Assembly: GCA_020536535.1 (NCBI GenBank)
Contig: JAHLWZ010000633.1
Location: forward strand, 43,407 to 107,406
Reading direction: 5' to 3'
Source: Pelomyxa schiedti
Taxonomy: Eukaryota > Protista > Evosea
Length of the DNA: 64,000 nucleotides
Shown here: positions 61,955 to 64,000 of the stretch, one piece after another
Layout: each line of letters starts with the position of its first letter
How positions within the stretch are numbered: the stretch's first letter is position 1
Program-made: the position numbers and the translations under genes
The notes under the pieces: model-generated
Databases searched by the model: none
The model's input: only the letters and a program-made list of their open reading frames with translations
Told to the model about the DNA's origin: nothing

Positions 61955-63024
61955 ATGACCGGGAAGCAACAACGCACGCGCAAACGATCACCCAAAGGCG
62001 AACAACAACTAACACTACAGCGCCGCCATCCACGCAACAAGCGTGCCCGCCGTTGTCTGTATGTAAAGTGGCAAGAAGATAAACTCGCAAAAGCATTCAA
62101 AGATGAAAGCTCAAGTGTAGTGAGAAGTACGATAATGTTCTATGATGGCGAGCTTCTTATTCCCCAGAAGTGCAACAATTTGTGCCTGCAGAAACCGTGG
62201 AACTCTCAAAAGGTGAGTGCAACTCAATTTTTAAGTGGTGCCTGTTGGGAGGTATAATCTCTTCTGAGCATTACTGCAGGGTACGTCCCTCTTCTTTTCA
62301 TTCTCTGACTTGAATCAGCTAGGCCACTGAACTTCTTGACGCAATTTCCCACATTGCCATGTCTTATTTGGCGGGTCATGGGGATTCTGGACTATCTCCT
62401 ACCTAGATTGGTACTTCCGCACTCAGTGGGACCCTGTGACAAAGGAACGGAGGAACAGGGATGATCTCCCTTTTCCTTCCGATAAGTCAAGCACACAAGA
62501 ATAATATCCGCAGAAACTCCCATACACGGTTCTTGGAGTGAACACCAGACAAACGATCAGGACGCCTATGAGCAGATCCGCATTTTTAAACAAGCGGTCG
62601 TCATTACATGAAAAGCCTGTTATATTTATCCGATGAAATACCTCGGAAAGTCAAGAATGAAGACCTGACATTTATGCGAAACCTGTGCCGCACCTTGAAC
62701 ATGGCTGTTATTTTAGCAGGCATCAACTCCCGAGCAGTCAGTCTGCCAAAATCTGGATCGTCTCGCACCAATCTCACACAGCCGTGCATGTGGTGCCATT
62801 TGTTTACAAGGGTTCTGCTCCAACTAAGATCTCTTTGCAAACCTCGAGGGTGCCACAGTACAGTAAGATTCTTCAGTGATGCCAGGCCATTGACCCACAA
62901 CCTGGCCGTTTTGTTGAGTACTGTTCTATCACATGCAGAGGAAGGTGAAGAAGATGGAGAACCCATGCAGATATCATACCACCAGATTTTGCCACTCGCT
63001 GAAGCTGAGCAGAGAAGGGGTTAG
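61955..63024 (+). pseudogene. Crinkler (CRN/CR)-like NTPase-domain gene fragment with a frameshift at the Walker B motif
   Basis: One frame reads HEKPVIFI up to 62630. The adjacent frame starts DEIPRK..FMRNLCRTLNMAVILAGINS..GSSR..W..RPL at 62632, with one extra base at 62631. The motif series resembles CRN-type NTPase domains, recognised from memory. Confidence 0.45.
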
Positions 63025-63216
63025 AATGGGTGACCTGGCAGCCAACAATCGTGCTTTTCCGGACACTCGCGAGAAAATACTTGAAGTGTCGGGTATCTGA
63101 AGTTTCTAACGTGGTTCTAAGCAACAGATCATTTTTTTTTCTTTCTTCCGTTCTTTCGCGTTTCTGACCAAAGGTCAACACGTAAAAAAAAAATAAAACA
63201 AAGAAGAAACGCGGCG

Positions 63217-63857
63217 ATGGCGGGCAAGATCTTGTCGGGAGTGGAGAGATTGGTGTCGTCTGTGGCTGTCCTCCCCTTTGTTTACGCTTTTTCGGCGCCC
63301 AAGATGAGGCTACAACGGCCGTCGTCGCCCCTGTTTATGCAGATCTTGCCTACGTCGACCGTTGTTTTGGCGCTCGCGTTCTTGTCGTACTTCTGCGTGG
63401 TGTCAGGAATCATCTACGACATCATCGTCGAGCCCCCGAGCGTCGGCAGTGGCGCCGACGGGCGGCCAATTGCTTTCCTGCAGTACCGTATTAATGGCCA
63501 ATTCATCATCGAGGGCCTGTCGGCCGGCATGTTGTTCGCTTTGGGCGGCGCCGGGCTTATCATTCTGGATAAGGTTCCCTCCCATAACTAAAACTCTCCT
63601 TCCTCCCCCCCGCTTCCTTCCTCTGCAACTCACCAAATTCCCTTTTCCCTTATTCTTTTCCAGTCTACGGACAAGTACCTTTCCCAAAGAAACCGGTACC
63701 TCATGTTTTTGTCTGGGGCCATCTGTGTTGTGGCTGCCTACGCGCTAAGCCTTGTCTTCATTCACATGAAAGTTCCCGGTAACTTTTCCCTGTTGGTTGG
63801 CTTTTACTTGTATTCCTTTGTAACCTTCCTTTTTCCCACACAGGCTACATGGACTGA
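63217..63857 (+). CDS. OSTC: Oligosaccharyltransferase complex subunit OSTC/DC2
   Basis: LSYFCVVSGIIYDIIVEPPSVGS..RPIAFLQYRINGQFIIEGLSAGMLFALGGAGLIILDK|..RNRYLMFLSGAICV..FIHMKVP|GYMD*. Confidence 0.95.
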
Positions 63858-64000
63858 TAACCTCCCTCGGTCTCCTATTTGGCTAAATTTTTTCAATACC
63901 AGACCGCGAGGTTTTAGCTTAGAAAAAATTCGACAGCCTCCCCCCTACACTTCTAACGAACCGAATTTTTTTTTCCTTTTTGATTCTAAAACGGAGTGCG

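Noticed and set aside
61682-61972. Short minus-strand ORFs upstream of the Roco gene
   Set aside because: No domain and no clear splice link to the Roco start. Probably UTR or promoter sequence between divergent loci.

Overview
Eukaryotic, gene-dense, intron-rich DNA with about 22 protein-coding loci. Introns are mostly short GT-AG, many gene pairs are head-to-head, and low-complexity Ser/Thr/Gln tracts are common. Gene content (Roco kinase, P2X channel, SH2 protein, bacterial-type enzymes that carry introns) fits a free-living amoebozoan; Pelomyxa-like Archamoebae is my inference from style, not proven. Gene models were assembled by hand from the ORF track plus reading of splice sites, so exon boundaries are approximate unless stated. 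Conserved genes: VPS18, TRF4/PAPD5, a VPS9 GEF, an INO80D/KANSL2-like zinc finger, OSTC, an LRR protein and an ankyrin protein. The main interest is several unusual domain fusions. (1) Ankyrin-RBR ubiquitin ligase with a C-terminal CBM20 glycogen/starch-binding module. (2) Divergently transcribed from it, 95 bp away, a degenerate Rho-like GTPase fused to a Pol-beta-family nucleotidyltransferase. (3) A P2X channel whose tail resembles the spastizin/ZFYVE26 C-terminal domain. (4) A single-pass dCache-Ig-TM-phosphodiesterase receptor. (5) An F-box/beta-propeller/PDZ protein. Sequence-level oddities include a perfect 60-bp inverted repeat, a duplicated 19-nt microexon, a frameshifted Crinkler-like NTPase, and CpG-rich 5' islands over CpG-poor gene bodies. 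No rRNA, tRNA, CRISPR array or intact transposon was recognised.
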